IMG/VR virus record: IMGVR_UViG_3300008266_011815
Direction: 5' to 3' (one strand)
DNA: 64,000 bases
Source: an uncultured virus (IMG/VR IMGVR_UViG_3300008266_011815)
Lineage: Duplodnaviria; Heunggongvirae; Uroviricota; Caudoviricetes
In this document: positions 19,580 through 30,336 of the stretch, one piece after another
Layout of the letters: each line of letters starts with the position of its first letter
Position numbering within the stretch: position 1 is the stretch's first letter
The notes under the pieces: model-generated
Seen by the model: the letters and a program-made list of their open reading frames with translations, nothing else
Told to the model about the DNA's origin: nothing
The model's database searches: none
Made by a program: the position numbers and the translations under genes

Positions 19580-21244
19580 ATGGTCTTTGCTATACTACTA
19601 CTGTTAACCGGTTTAACTATATCGTCTGTTGCCATTTATTATTCGGTAATGGGTCTGACTGCTATCTTTGCAGCAGCCTTTTATCCAATTATAGTCATGG
19701 GCATCAGCCTAGAACTAGCCAAGTTAGTTGCCGCCACTTGGCTTAAAGCTTATTGGGCAAGAATTCCTATCTTACTAAAAAGTTACATGCTGGCAGCTGT
19801 CATTGTACTAATGGTGATTACCAGCATGGGTATTTTTGGTTTTTTAAGCAAAGCTCATTCTGATCAAAGTTTAGTAAGTGGTGATGTATTAAGTAGATTG
19901 GCTGTCTATGATGAGCAGATTAAAACCTCCAAGGACAATATAGAAACTAACAGAAAAGCTCTCCAACAAATGGATGCGCAAGTAGATCAGATGTTAGGAA
20001 GGACTGATACAGAACGAGGGGCTGAACGTGCTGTACAAATTAGAAGAAATCAAGCCAAAGAACGTGCAAGACTACAATCAGAAATTGCACAAGAACAAAA
20101 GAACATTACCAAATTAAATGAGTTACGTGCTCCGATCGCAGCCGAAAATAGAAAAATAGAAGCAGAAGTTGGACCGATCAAATATATTGCTAAGTTTATA
20201 TACGGTGATAATCCAGATGCTAATATTTTAGAAAAGGCAGTAACTTGGGTCATCATAATGATAGTTATTGTGTTTGATCCGTTAGCAGTGTTGCTATTAA
20301 TTGCGGCACAAATGAGTTACTTCTGGTGGAAGGATGACCGTAAAAAAGCGAAAGAAGTTCCAGTTGAAACTGCGTTAGTTGAAACTCAAGAAGAATTAAC
20401 ACACTGTCCTAAGTGCGGTACAGAGATTATAGAAGCACCCGGTATTGGACCTTTCTGCCCTAATAAAGAGTGCGATGTAGTTGATAACTTATACGGCAAT
20501 GTAGATCCTAAAGTAACTGAGTTTTTTAATCATTTAAGAAATATTTCTAGAAAAGAAGATGAAGAGGACCGCGCTGCCGAAGCTAATGAAAAAATTGCCG
20601 AGTACGAACAAGATGATGGACCGTTAACTGATGAGCAAATTGCTCAGATACGTGAATTAGCAAAACAAGAACTAGATCAGACCGAGGAACCTGTAGAATA
20701 TTATCCATTTCCAACGGAACGTCCTCTAGAAGGCGATGCTAAAATAGCGGCAGAGTTAGCAGAAAAAAATGAAACATTAGAAAAATTAAATGAGATAGCA
20801 GAATCTAAAATAAAGTCAGGTGAAGAAACTGCTGAATGGACATGGCCTACCTCTAAAGATTTAATCTGGACCAACGATGATGCAGATCAAGAGATGGCCA
20901 GTGATATGGAAGAATTAAAAGAAAATTCTTTAAAGAGAAAATGGAAGGAAGAACATCCGGACGTAAACCTTAAAGAAATTAAACACTTGTATGCCATTGG
21001 CGCTATCGAAAATCTTCCTTGGGAAGCAGTTGAGCAATTAGATGATCAACTAAATGAGAAACCAGAGGAAAATATCGAACAATCAGAATCATCAGAAGAA
21101 GACCAAAAAAAAAACTACATACATAGTAATGCTTCAGGACAGACAGATACAGAAGGAAAAAGTAGAGAAGAAATAGAATATGTTCAAAATCAAGAACAAA
21201 GTGAAAATTCTATTTGGAACAGAATAAAAAATAGGAACATATGA
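19580..21244 (+). CDS. multi-TM coiled-coil protein with Zn-ribbon and acidic tail
   Basis: N-terminal TMs, EAEVGPIKY, FDPLAV, CPKC...CPNKEC. Confidence 0.75.
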   Translation: MVFAILLLLTGLTISSVAIYYSVMGLTAIFAAAFYPIIVMGISLELAKLVAATWLKAYWARIPILLKSYMLAAVIVLMVITSMGIFGFLSKAHSDQSLVSGDVLSRLAVYDEQIKTSKDNIETNRKALQQMDAQVDQMLGRTDTERGAERAVQIRRNQAKERARLQSEIAQEQKNITKLNELRAPIAAENRKIEAEVGPIKYIAKFIYGDNPDANILEKAVTWVIIMIVIVFDPLAVLLLIAAQMSYFWWKDDRKKAKEVPVETALVETQEELTHCPKCGTEIIEAPGIGPFCPNKECDVVDNLYGNVDPKVTEFFNHLRNISRKEDEEDRAAEANEKIAEYEQDDGPLTDEQIAQIRELAKQELDQTEEPVEYYPFPTERPLEGDAKIAAELAEKNETLEKLNEIAESKIKSGEETAEWTWPTSKDLIWTNDDADQEMASDMEELKENSLKRKWKEEHPDVNLKEIKHLYAIGAIENLPWEAVEQLDDQLNEKPEENIEQSESSEEDQKKNYIHSNASGQTDTEGKSREEIEYVQNQEQSENSIWNRIKNRNI

Positions 21245-21654
21245 ATCTAGGAAAAATTAATCTTATCACTCCTCCGGATAAGCTTTTTAATAATAATTTA
21301 AGTTACCTTTTAGTTAAGCCTTCGACTAAAATTAAAATGCAGTTTCAAACAATATTAAGTTCAATTGATCACGATCTAAATGTTTTCGTGTACGATCAGG
21401 AAGAAAGCAATATAGAATGGCTGCTTAGTGTTGCTCATCAAGTCGATGAAATTATTATAGATATAGATAATTGTGATTCAACAACTAAAATGTTCATCAG
21501 CTTTTTACTAGCTGAACAAAATGTTTATTATATTACTAATGATGATTTAACTCCATGGGGGTTAATTAGTAAAAATAGAATTTACGACTTAGACTGGGTA
21601 GTTAAAAATCTTCAAGGAGACGATGACGAAGAAGAGGACACAGATGAGCAATAG
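21241..21654 (+). CDS. hypothetical protein
   Basis: 137 aa ORF. Confidence 0.7.
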   Translation: MNLGKINLITPPDKLFNNNLSYLLVKPSTKIKMQFQTILSSIDHDLNVFVYDQEESNIEWLLSVAHQVDEIIIDIDNCDSTTKMFISFLLAEQNVYYITNDDLTPWGLISKNRIYDLDWVVKNLQGDDDEEEDTDEQ

Positions 21655-21883
21655 AGAGGAATGGAAATTAGCAGGTAGTATTGTCTACGTCAAAAATGAT
21701 GATGTCAATCGTGCATTAAAAAAACTTAAAAACAAAATTGAAGAAGGCGGAAAATTAAAAGACCTTCAAAAAAAAGAGTATTACGAAAAACCCACAACAA
21801 CCCGCAGAAAAGACAAAGCAGCTGGACGTCAGCGTTTTGTTAAAAAGCTCGAAAAACAACAACTTCCTAAAAAATTATATTAA
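21644..21883 (+). CDS. rpsU: ribosomal protein bS21
   Basis: V.V...VNRALKKLK..., EYYEKPTT.RR motif. Confidence 0.85.
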   Translation: MSNREEWKLAGSIVYVKNDDVNRALKKLKNKIEEGGKLKDLQKKEYYEKPTTTRRKDKAAGRQRFVKKLEKQQLPKKLY

Positions 21884-21892
21884 AATTACACT

Positions 21893-22420
21893 ATGTCAAA
21901 ACATTTAATGGTTGATTTAGAAACCCTTGCCACCACTCCCGATGCTGCTATCTTAACAATAGGCGCAGTTACTTTTGATCCTAAAACAGATAAAATTTTT
22001 GATGAATTTTATGCGAGAGTAGATCTTGAATCTGTAACTGAACTTGGCATGACTGTTGATAACAAAACAATCGAATGGTGGAGTACGCAAGCACCAGAAG
22101 CGCAGGACGAAGCATTCGGAGATGGAGATAGAATTTCCATACAAGAAGCTATAGACCGATTCCACAAATTTTCTTGGCATTGCTCTAATTTTTGGAGTCA
22201 CGGAGCAGCCTTTGATATTGTTATTATTGAACAGTATTATAGGGCATTAAAAAAAGCACCGCCGTGGAATTTCTGGCAAGTTAGGGATACTAGAACAATT
22301 TTTGATTTGGGCATAGATCCAGAAATGCCTCAAGCTAACAAACACCAAGCATTAGAAGATGCTCGTAGACAAGCAATAGGTGTACAAAATGTCTACAAAA
22401 AATTACTACAAGATAAATAA
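21893..22420 (+). CDS. DEDDh 3'-5' exonuclease
   Basis: MVDLETL, FDIVI, RDTRT, HQALEDA. Confidence 0.88.
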   Translation: MSKHLMVDLETLATTPDAAILTIGAVTFDPKTDKIFDEFYARVDLESVTELGMTVDNKTIEWWSTQAPEAQDEAFGDGDRISIQEAIDRFHKFSWHCSNFWSHGAAFDIVIIEQYYRALKKAPPWNFWQVRDTRTIFDLGIDPEMPQANKHQALEDARRQAIGVQNVYKKLLQDK

Positions 22421-22468
22421 ATTTGTCTAGCGCCAATAGGGCTATACAAAGGACAAGAGTCCAAAAAA

Positions 22469-22488
22469 TCTTGCTTACTTAAAGGAGA
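22469..22488 (+). promoter_or_regulatory. ROSE-like RNA thermometer hairpin in the dnaK leader
   Basis: TCTTGCTT pairs with the SD AAGGAGA. Confidence 0.65.
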
Positions 22489-22496
22489 AAAATATT

Positions 22497-24377
22497 ATGA
22501 GCAAAGTCATCGGTATCGATTTAGGTACTACCAATAGCTGCGTAGCAGTCATCGAAAACGGAACCCCCAAAGTAATTGAAAACTCAGAAGGTGCTCGTAC
22601 TACACCTAGTATTGTAGCATATGCTAACGATGAGATTCTTGTCGGTGCGTCAGCTAAAAGACAAGCAGTAACAAATCCCAAAAACACAATTTATGCATCT
22701 AAGCGTTTAATTGGACGTAAGTTCCAAGAACAGGCAGTGCAAAAAGACATCGAATTAATGCCATATGAAATTATGGAATCAAAGAACGGCGATGCTTGGG
22801 TAAGAGCCAACGATAAAGAATTAGCACCTCCACAAATTTCAGCAGAAGTTCTTCGCAAGATGAAGAAGACCGCAGAGGACTATTTAGGTAGCGAAGTTAC
22901 CCAAGCAGTTATCACCGTGCCTGCGTACTTCAACGACAGTCAACGCCAAGCAACCAAAGACGCTGGTAAGATTGCTGGCTTAGAAGTTTTGCGTATTATT
23001 AACGAGCCTACAGCAGCAGCATTGGCTTATGGTGTTGATAAAGAAAATAACAAGGATCGTAAAGTTGCTGTCTATGATTTAGGCGGTGGTACATTTGATG
23101 TTAGTATTATTGAAATTGCTAATGTTGATGGAGACAAACAAATTGAAGTTCTAAGCACTAATGGCGACACGTTCTTAGGTGGTGAAGATTTTGATAATCG
23201 CATCATGGATTACCTAGTCTCTGAATTTAAGAAAGAGTCGGGTGTTGATCTAAGCAAAGACGTTATGGCATTACAGCGTCTAAAGGAAGCAGCTGAACGC
23301 ACGAAGATTGAACTATCTAATAGCGCACAAACAGATGTTAACCTTCCTTATATTACTGCTGATGCGAACGGACCTAAGCATCTCAATATTAAAATTACTC
23401 GTAGTAAATTAGAAAGCCTAGTTGAGGATTTAATTCAACGTAGTCTAGCACCTTGCCGTCAAGCAATCAAAGACGCAGGTATCACTGCTGCTGATATTGA
23501 CGAAGTTATTCTTGTTGGTGGTCAAACACGTATGCCTAAGGTGCAAGAAGAAGTTGAAAAACTATTCGGTAAAGCACCACGCAAAGATGTTAACCCTGAT
23601 GAAGCAGTTGCAGTTGGTGCTGCTGTTCAGGGAAGTGTTTTAGCAGGCGATCGCAAAGATGTTCTCTTACTAGATGTTACTCCATTGAGTCTTGGTATTG
23701 AGACACTAGGCGGAGTAATGACTAAATTAATACAAAAGAATACAACTATCCCAACTAAGGCCAGTCAAACTTTTAGCACAGCAGAAGACAATCAACCTGC
23801 TGTTACAATTAAAGTCTTCCAAGGAGAACGAGATTTTGTACAGCACAATAAATTGCTTGGGGAATTTAATCTAGAAGGTATCGCACCTTCGCCGCGTGGT
23901 ATGCCACAAATTGAAGTTACCTTTGATATTGATGCCAACGGCATTATGAATATCAATGCTAAAGATAAAAATACAGGCAAAGAAAACAAAATTACCATCA
24001 AGTCTGATTCTGGATTATCTAAAGACCAAATTGATGCAATGATCAAAGATGCTGAAGCTAATGCAGAAGAAGATAATAAGAAAAAAGAATTAATTACAGC
24101 TAGAAATGCAGCTGATAATATTGTTCATCAAATTAGAAAAGACATGACCGAAGTTGAGTCAGTTCTAACCGAAGAACAAAAAGATACAATTAAAAAGTCA
24201 ATTGATTCAGTTGAAGCCGCAGTTGCTGGCGATGACAAAGCAGCCATTGATAGTACGCTAAATGATCTAGTAAATGCTAGTCAAGTCATCCAAGAAGCAA
24301 AAGTTAAAACTGAGGGATCTAAAAAATCTTCAGACGATGCTGTAGTAGATGCTGAATTTACAGAAGTTAAGGGCTAA
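22497..24377 (+). CDS. dnaK: Hsp70 chaperone DnaK
   Basis: [35 protein letters not shown]. Confidence 0.99.
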   Translation: MSKVIGIDLGTTNSCVAVIENGTPKVIENSEGARTTPSIVAYANDEILVGASAKRQAVTNPKNTIYASKRLIGRKFQEQAVQKDIELMPYEIMESKNGDAWVRANDKELAPPQISAEVLRKMKKTAEDYLGSEVTQAVITVPAYFNDSQRQATKDAGKIAGLEVLRIINEPTAAALAYGVDKENNKDRKVAVYDLGGGTFDVSIIEIANVDGDKQIEVLSTNGDTFLGGEDFDNRIMDYLVSEFKKESGVDLSKDVMALQRLKEAAERTKIELSNSAQTDVNLPYITADANGPKHLNIKITRSKLESLVEDLIQRSLAPCRQAIKDAGITAADIDEVILVGGQTRMPKVQEEVEKLFGKAPRKDVNPDEAVAVGAAVQGSVLAGDRKDVLLLDVTPLSLGIETLGGVMTKLIQKNTTIPTKASQTFSTAEDNQPAVTIKVFQGERDFVQHNKLLGEFNLEGIAPSPRGMPQIEVTFDIDANGIMNINAKDKNTGKENKITIKSDSGLSKDQIDAMIKDAEANAEEDNKKKELITARNAADNIVHQIRKDMTEVESVLTEEQKDTIKKSIDSVEAAVAGDDKAAIDSTLNDLVNASQVIQEAKVKTEGSKKSSDDAVVDAEFTEVKG

Positions 24378-24393
24378 CAGTTAGCTCTTACTA

Positions 24394-24445
24394 TGTGCGG
24401 TGCCCGGGTGGGGCCGCACAATATTCTTGCTTAATAAAAGGAGAA
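24394..24445 (+). promoter_or_regulatory. ROSE-like RNA thermometer in the hsp20 leader
   Basis: GC-rich hairpin TGTGCGG..CCGCACA, then TTCTTGCTT-aataa-AAGGAGAA sequestering the SD. Confidence 0.7.
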
Positions 24446-24450
24446 AAATT

Positions 24451-24882
24451 ATGAACTCGTTACAAAGACTAGACACCACAGCACTTGCTCAACTTAATAG
24501 AGCATTAATTGGATTTGATCGTATTTTTAATAACTACGAATCAAGGTTTGCAAATCAAACTTCGAACTATCCACCATACAATGTTCTAAAACACGACGAC
24601 AGTCATTATGAAATTGAATTGGCAGTAGCCGGTTTCGATAAAGATGACATCACTGTCGAAGTAAATCAAAATGAACTTATCATTAGAGGAAACAAAATAA
24701 ACGAAGAAGATGCCTCTAAATATGTTCATAGAGGATTGGCTGCAAGAAGCTTTGAGCGTATATTTACACTCATGGAACATCATGTAGTTCAAGATGCCGA
24801 AGTGGTTAACGGCATGTTAAAAATCAAGATCAACGTAATCGTTCCAGAAGAGTTAAAGCCTCGACTAATTACGATTAAATAG
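24451..24882 (+). CDS. small heat-shock protein (Hsp20, IbpA-like)
   Basis: YPPYNV, IELAVAGF, HRGLAARSF, NGML. Confidence 0.95.
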   Translation: MNSLQRLDTTALAQLNRALIGFDRIFNNYESRFANQTSNYPPYNVLKHDDSHYEIELAVAGFDKDDITVEVNQNELIIRGNKINEEDASKYVHRGLAARSFERIFTLMEHHVVQDAEVVNGMLKIKINVIVPEELKPRLITIK

Positions 24883-24885
24883 TTG

Positions 24886-25620
24886 ATGCACTATATAGAA
24901 CAAATAACAAAAAAGTTTAAGTCCAAAGACTATTCAATGGACTATAGCCAGGGGACTCCTGTTCCCTGGCTTTTTTTCGATGATTTCTTACCAGAAGAAT
25001 TACTAAAAAAAGTACAAGCAGAAATCAATCAAATTCCAAAGTATATGTGGACACATTTTACTAGGAATGGAAGCTTTATGGAAGAATGTAACAAGCTTCA
25101 TGATTATTGCCCCACAATACGAGACCTTACTTTAAATCTTAATAGTTCTGAATTTATCAGTTGGCTAGAAGAATTAACTGGTATTAACAAAGTTATACCG
25201 GATCCGCATCTTATCGGTGCTGGCCTAATGAGATGTTATACTGGACATAGTTTAAAACTTCACACAGACTTCAATTGGAATGAAGAATTACACTTAAATA
25301 GATGTCTTAGTTTAATACTATACATCCATCCAGAATGGGATAGTTCTTGGCACGGCGGACTTGAATTTTGGGATTTCAAAAGAGAAAATCTAGTACACAA
25401 AATTGAATGTAAACCGAACAGACTACTGTTATGGAACTATCATTCAAAACTATTTCACGGGCATCCTACTCCATTAACCTGTCCTGAAAACGTAAGTCGA
25501 GACGGGCTAAGACTCTTCTACTTTAAAAGTAATTCTACTCCCGAAGAATTACCACACAGAAGTCTTTATTGGATAGATGAAACCACTAGAGAACCTTACG
25601 ACGTCAGATCAAATAGATAA
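24886..25620 (+). CDS. 2OG-Fe(II) oxygenase
   Basis: LHTDFN, GGLEFW, FHGHP, R..L.LFY. Confidence 0.88.
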   Translation: MHYIEQITKKFKSKDYSMDYSQGTPVPWLFFDDFLPEELLKKVQAEINQIPKYMWTHFTRNGSFMEECNKLHDYCPTIRDLTLNLNSSEFISWLEELTGINKVIPDPHLIGAGLMRCYTGHSLKLHTDFNWNEELHLNRCLSLILYIHPEWDSSWHGGLEFWDFKRENLVHKIECKPNRLLLWNYHSKLFHGHPTPLTCPENVSRDGLRLFYFKSNSTPEELPHRSLYWIDETTREPYDVRSNR

Positions 25621-26495
25621 TGTCTAAAAATTTACCCTACGGAGGAGCATGGGCTATTAATGATCCTCAAATGGAAGAATTCGTAAAATCGTCCTCTCTA
25701 ATAGCATTAGAAAACATGAGAGACGACTCCGTAACTAAAGTCTTTTTAGACAGTTATGTTCAATGGATAAAATCTACGAAGTTTAATAAAATCCAAGGAT
25801 TAGATAATTTTCCTATAACTGCATATTCAAATGGTACAACTGAAGCGTTTGATAAATTTTATTTAAAAAACAACACTAGACGATTTAGATGTTTCCCTGG
25901 AGAATATTTGTATCATCAATTAGCATGGAGAAATTATTTTCCTAATTGGAAGTTTATTGAAAATTTAGATATTGAAGAAAACGATGCAGTAGTTATTAGT
26001 CTACCATTTAGCGACACTGGTAACAAGCACGACAGCACAGAAGCATTACTTGCTTTATGTTCTAAGTTATCTGTACCAGTATTAGTAGATTGTGCATTTT
26101 TTGGTATATGTGCAAATATAGATTTTAATTTTAATCATAGTTGTATTACAGATATAACCTTTAGTCTATCTAAAAGTTTTCCAGTTGCACACTATAGAAT
26201 AGGAATGCGGTGTAGTAGAGTAGATGACGACGATAGTCTGTTTGTATCAAACAAAGCAAATTATACTAATAAGTTCGGAGCATTACTAGGTATCGAATTA
26301 ATGAAGTTCAGTCCTGATCACAATTGGGCTACTTGGTCTATACAGCAAAAGAAATTTTGTCACGAGTTAGGGATTGAACCAAGTAATAGTGTTATATTTG
26401 GTATTGACCTTTTTCGATACCCCATGTATAATCGTGGTAACAATACTAATCGTTTGTGCTTTGCTAAGTATTTAAAAAGTGGTACTTTACCTTAA
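25620..26495 (+). CDS. PLP-dependent transferase-like protein
   Basis: NGTTEAF, LVDCAF, FSLSK..RIG. Confidence 0.7.
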   Translation: MSKNLPYGGAWAINDPQMEEFVKSSSLIALENMRDDSVTKVFLDSYVQWIKSTKFNKIQGLDNFPITAYSNGTTEAFDKFYLKNNTRRFRCFPGEYLYHQLAWRNYFPNWKFIENLDIEENDAVVISLPFSDTGNKHDSTEALLALCSKLSVPVLVDCAFFGICANIDFNFNHSCITDITFSLSKSFPVAHYRIGMRCSRVDDDDSLFVSNKANYTNKFGALLGIELMKFSPDHNWATWSIQQKKFCHELGIEPSNSVIFGIDLFRYPMYNRGNNTNRLCFAKYLKSGTLP

Positions 26496-26514
26496 ACAAA
26501 ATGGAGATTATAAT

Positions 26515-26820
26515 ATGGCTATTTCAGATGTAAAATTAGATAAGAAAATCGTTGTTAAGATTACAGAGCCAAAAAATTGGAAAGTCATTTTCCTTAATGA
26601 CGATCAAACTCCGATGGAGTTTGTAATTTCTGTGTTAATGGAAATTTACAAACATAGTATAGAGAGAGCGAAAGAAATTACGATAGAAGTACACGAGGCT
26701 GGTAAGGGAGTTGCAGGCAGCTATTGTTATGAAATCGCTGAAATAAAATTAGTAGAAACTATAAATCTTGCTAGAGCTAATGGATTCCCACTCCAAGCAA
26801 AAATGGAAGAGGAAGAATGA
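26515..26820 (+). CDS. clpS: ClpS N-end-rule adaptor
   Basis: KVIFLNDDQTPMEFV, VH..G.GV, FPL. Confidence 0.93.
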   Translation: MAISDVKLDKKIVVKITEPKNWKVIFLNDDQTPMEFVISVLMEIYKHSIERAKEITIEVHEAGKGVAGSYCYEIAEIKLVETINLARANGFPLQAKMEEEE

Positions 26821-27356
26821 GTCTTAGAGAAATAACCAAAGATCTACACGCAGATGCAGAAAGAACTATCTTTGCTAAAAAACTTGTAACTGGATCATTT
26901 ACTAAAGAAGAATATGCAAACTATCTTTGGCAAATGGTTCTTGTTTATAACGGCATCGAAGTAGCAGCTAAAGGTCAAGGTATGCTTAAAAACTTACCTG
27001 ATATCGAACGAGCACATAAAATTTATCAAGACTGCATTGAACTTGTAGGACCTAATCATAACTTAAAATGGTTACCTGAAACAATCGAATACTATCAATA
27101 TCTTTTAGCTTTAAGTTATAGTGATAACAAGCATCTAGTTAAAGCTCACTTATATTGCAGACATATGGGAGATTTATTTGGCGGACAGATTATTGCCAAA
27201 AAATGTCCAGGGTCAGGAAAATTCTATCAATTTAAAGATGCAGAAAATTTAAAGACTGCAATTAGAGCAGAGCTCACAGATGACCTAGGTGACGAAGCCC
27301 GAGTCGCTTTTCAGTGGGCTATCAAAATTATGAAAGCGTTGGTCAAAGATGAATAA
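26817..27356 (+). CDS. heme oxygenase
   Basis: LRE.TK.LH..AE; AHLYCRHMGDLFGGQ. Confidence 0.92.
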   Translation: MSLREITKDLHADAERTIFAKKLVTGSFTKEEYANYLWQMVLVYNGIEVAAKGQGMLKNLPDIERAHKIYQDCIELVGPNHNLKWLPETIEYYQYLLALSYSDNKHLVKAHLYCRHMGDLFGGQIIAKKCPGSGKFYQFKDAENLKTAIRAELTDDLGDEARVAFQWAIKIMKALVKDE

Positions 27357-28029
27357 TGTATGGGATACATTAATAGGTATACAAAATTTATTAGAAGAAA
27401 AATTTAATGAAACAGGAACAGAAATACATGAGCCTGGTATGGATCGTTTTAATCAGCCTGGCTGGGTCAATCGCGTATGGAATAGCGATCGTTATCGCAG
27501 AGCACACATAGATGTAGTTGATGCTAGAGATACAAAAGGTCTTTGGATGATGCATTGTTGTATTTTCCCGCATCTTCATAATCCTGCCCCAATCTATGGG
27601 TTTGATGTGATTGCCGGTAAACACAAAATTACTGGTTGTTTTCATGACTTTAGCCCAGCAGGAGATCATGAGCATCCTTTAATAGATTGGTTTGCCAGCG
27701 AAGCTGCTAAACTGCAATGGAACAAGACTAGAAAATTACCCGACTGGGCTGAACGTATTTTTACTGGCAGTATGGTTGCAGCAGGTAATGTCCAGGACGA
27801 TCAAGAACTTGCTCAAATTTTTAATTTTGCTAATCTTAGTATTAAACATTATCTAAGTGCCGTAGCAGAAACTAATTTTACACATAAAAATACTACTAGT
27901 AATCAAAACTACTACTGCGAAAATCAAAAACAGAATCCGCATACTCCTAAAGTAATGGCAAGTTTAGGGCTTAATGAAGAAGATGTACGTATTTTTATAC
28001 AGGATTGTCTGTTCCCTGAAATACGCTAA
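27349..28029 (+). CDS. ferredoxin-dependent bilin reductase (PcyA/PcyX-like)
   Basis: RRAHI, MMHCCIFP, PIYGFD, HDFSP, YCENQKQNPHT. Confidence 0.88.
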   Translation: MNNVWDTLIGIQNLLEEKFNETGTEIHEPGMDRFNQPGWVNRVWNSDRYRRAHIDVVDARDTKGLWMMHCCIFPHLHNPAPIYGFDVIAGKHKITGCFHDFSPAGDHEHPLIDWFASEAAKLQWNKTRKLPDWAERIFTGSMVAAGNVQDDQELAQIFNFANLSIKHYLSAVAETNFTHKNTTSNQNYYCENQKQNPHTPKVMASLGLNEEDVRIFIQDCLFPEIR

Positions 28030-28039
28030 ATATTAAACT

Positions 28040-29467
28040 ATGCGAGCATTAGAATTTATTAAAGAATCTGAAGGTGGAATTATCCGGCGTGGACAAGAGG
28101 TTTCACAAGGCAAAACTATAACCTTCGCTAAAGGTGATCAACAGATCAATCTAGTCGGTACAACAGTATTACCAGCGAACGAACTACGTTATGATGTACA
28201 AGATGATCTTAGAGCTTCTTTAAAAGATACGCTGGCAGCAAACGGCAACCCGACTGTACTATACTATAGTCCAGTAAATCCAAAGTCTGGTGCTGCACTT
28301 ATTACAGTATGGCATGATCAAACTACTAATCAACGTTTGGCTTTTGTTAAGTTTGCCAACACTAAAAAAGCCGGTGCATTTCCTATTACTTGGACAAATG
28401 CTGACTTTGGCCGTGACACTGGTTTCTCACAGATTAATAGTAAGATAGCAGAACGTGCTCAGTTTAAATTAAAACCTAATGAATTATTTCCTACAGATGT
28501 TGATATTTCTATCACTGAGCTAGCAGGTACTGTAAAACAACGTACTGATCTTAGTCCAGAAATTAATCAACAGATTAAACAACTATTATCTAATGTTACT
28601 AACGGTGATGATACACCAGTCGCTGGTGCTGATCAATATATAACAACTTACGAAGTTGACCTAGGAGAAAGTGCCGCACCTATTGCATTAGCTACCGGTA
28701 ACTTTGTCAGCGGTAGCTACAAAGAAGCAGAATCTGCACTATTAACGCCCTTAGGACTGTCATGGCAAGATATTAACAGTGTTCTATTTCCGGGCGCAGG
28801 CTCTAATTTATTATACGACAGTTATCTCCGTTTAACTGAAACTACAACTCTTAAAGTTAGTAGTAAAGATAAGAAGGGCGGGGCTGCTGCCGCAGTTACT
28901 GGTCTAGTTAAGGATATTGAAGAAAATCCAGCTCGTTTCTCTGGAATTACTAAAAACAAACAATATCAAGAAATATTAAAAATTATAAAAACAGTTGCTG
29001 ACTATAGTGCCAAAGACGGCCCAATACAGTTAGCAATACAATTTGGATTTATATCCTCAGAAGAAGGTCAACTAATTTTAAGTAAATTAGGTCAAGGTGA
29101 AAAATTTAATCCTAAAGCATCGTGGGCTGCAACTCCTGGAATACAAATGGCCTTAAACAGAAAAGGTGCAAAGTTTACTGACCCAGCCTATGACATGGGA
29201 TATCATGTATTGGCTGGTGTTGCAGAATTAATTGCTGATCATTTAAACAAAATGCCTGGCATTAGTAACTTCTTCAAAGCTGTACTAGAACGTAGTACAA
29301 TGATACAGGTTAAATCTGCCATGAAAAAAGGCCAAGGCGGTGCCAACTTTAATAATTTTAATGTCATCTATCCTCCTGTGTTTAATGGAGTTATCAAAGT
29401 TGTAGCAGGTAATAATTATATGGCTACACGTAAACCTATTGGTAAGATTAGTTTCAAAGTACCATAA
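28040..29467 (+). CDS. hypothetical protein, probable virion protein
   Basis: 475 aa; TAAATA upstream; starts MRALEFIKE. Confidence 0.7.
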   Translation: MRALEFIKESEGGIIRRGQEVSQGKTITFAKGDQQINLVGTTVLPANELRYDVQDDLRASLKDTLAANGNPTVLYYSPVNPKSGAALITVWHDQTTNQRLAFVKFANTKKAGAFPITWTNADFGRDTGFSQINSKIAERAQFKLKPNELFPTDVDISITELAGTVKQRTDLSPEINQQIKQLLSNVTNGDDTPVAGADQYITTYEVDLGESAAPIALATGNFVSGSYKEAESALLTPLGLSWQDINSVLFPGAGSNLLYDSYLRLTETTTLKVSSKDKKGGAAAAVTGLVKDIEENPARFSGITKNKQYQEILKIIKTVADYSAKDGPIQLAIQFGFISSEEGQLILSKLGQGEKFNPKASWAATPGIQMALNRKGAKFTDPAYDMGYHVLAGVAELIADHLNKMPGISNFFKAVLERSTMIQVKSAMKKGQGGANFNNFNVIYPPVFNGVIKVVAGNNYMATRKPIGKISFKVP

Positions 29468-29529
29468 AACACTCGCAAAATTTTTGATTCGCTCCTACTT
29501 AAATAAAATAAGTTGGGAGCGAATCAACT

Positions 29530-30336
29530 ATGAAGAACAAAATAACAATAATAACATTGATGGCTGCTATGTCTGGGTCTTTGGCCCAGACATATGATAG
29601 TAGCACACTAGTAGATACAAATAGCACTAGCACTAGTACCAGTACGGTCAATAGTAATAGCACTAGTACAAGTAATAATGTTAATGATACTACAGTTAAC
29701 AGTACAAGCACTAATACTAACATAAATCAAAATACCAGTACAAGTGTTAATACAAATAACAATATAAACAGTGGAACTCAAACATTTAATAACAATAATG
29801 TAAACACTGGTGATATGACTAATCGTAACATTAATTCTACAACCAGTAATAATATAAACACAAATGTTAATTCTGGTGATATGACTAATCGTAATATCAA
29901 TGATAGTAATATAACACAGAAGGTTATACAACCTCCGCCGACTGCTATTGCTCCGGCAATGATGAGTGGCGGCAATAATGACTTATGTACTACTGGAACT
30001 AGTGGTGCTGTACAAACACAGATACTAGGTATCAGTAGTGGAGGTACAATACGTGATATGAATTGCGAAAGATTAAAGAACGCCAAGACACTTTATGATA
30101 TGGGAATGAAAGTTGCTGCGGTGTCTATCATGTGTCAAGATCGTCGTGTGTTTGATGCTATGTGGAATGCTGGTACACCTTGTCCCTACGAGGGTGCAAT
30201 TGGCGAGCAGGCTCGCGTGGCATGGAACGAAAATACTAACAAGTGGCCAAAATACGAGGAACCAAAGAGTGATGATTTCTATAAGAAAACTGGTTGGGGT
30301 GCTTTACTTGGCATCCTTCTTTTCAGTCTGTTCTAA
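29530..30336 (+). CDS. secreted Asn/Thr-rich protein with Cys-containing C-terminal domain
   Basis: Signal peptide, NTN repeats, PPPTAIAP..C..CER..C..PCP, C-terminal TM. Confidence 0.75.
   Translation: MKNKITIITLMAAMSGSLAQTYDSSTLVDTNSTSTSTSTVNSNSTSTSNNVNDTTVNSTSTNTNINQNTSTSVNTNNNINSGTQTFNNNNVNTGDMTNRNINSTTSNNINTNVNSGDMTNRNINDSNITQKVIQPPPTAIAPAMMSGGNNDLCTTGTSGAVQTQILGISSGGTIRDMNCERLKNAKTLYDMGMKVAAVSIMCQDRRVFDAMWNAGTPCPYEGAIGEQARVAWNENTNKWPKYEEPKSDDFYKKTGWGALLGILLFSLF

Noticed and set aside
29499..30086. Hydrophobic minus-strand ORFs
   Set aside because: Antisense shadows of the Asn/Thr/Ser-rich gene 29530..30336.
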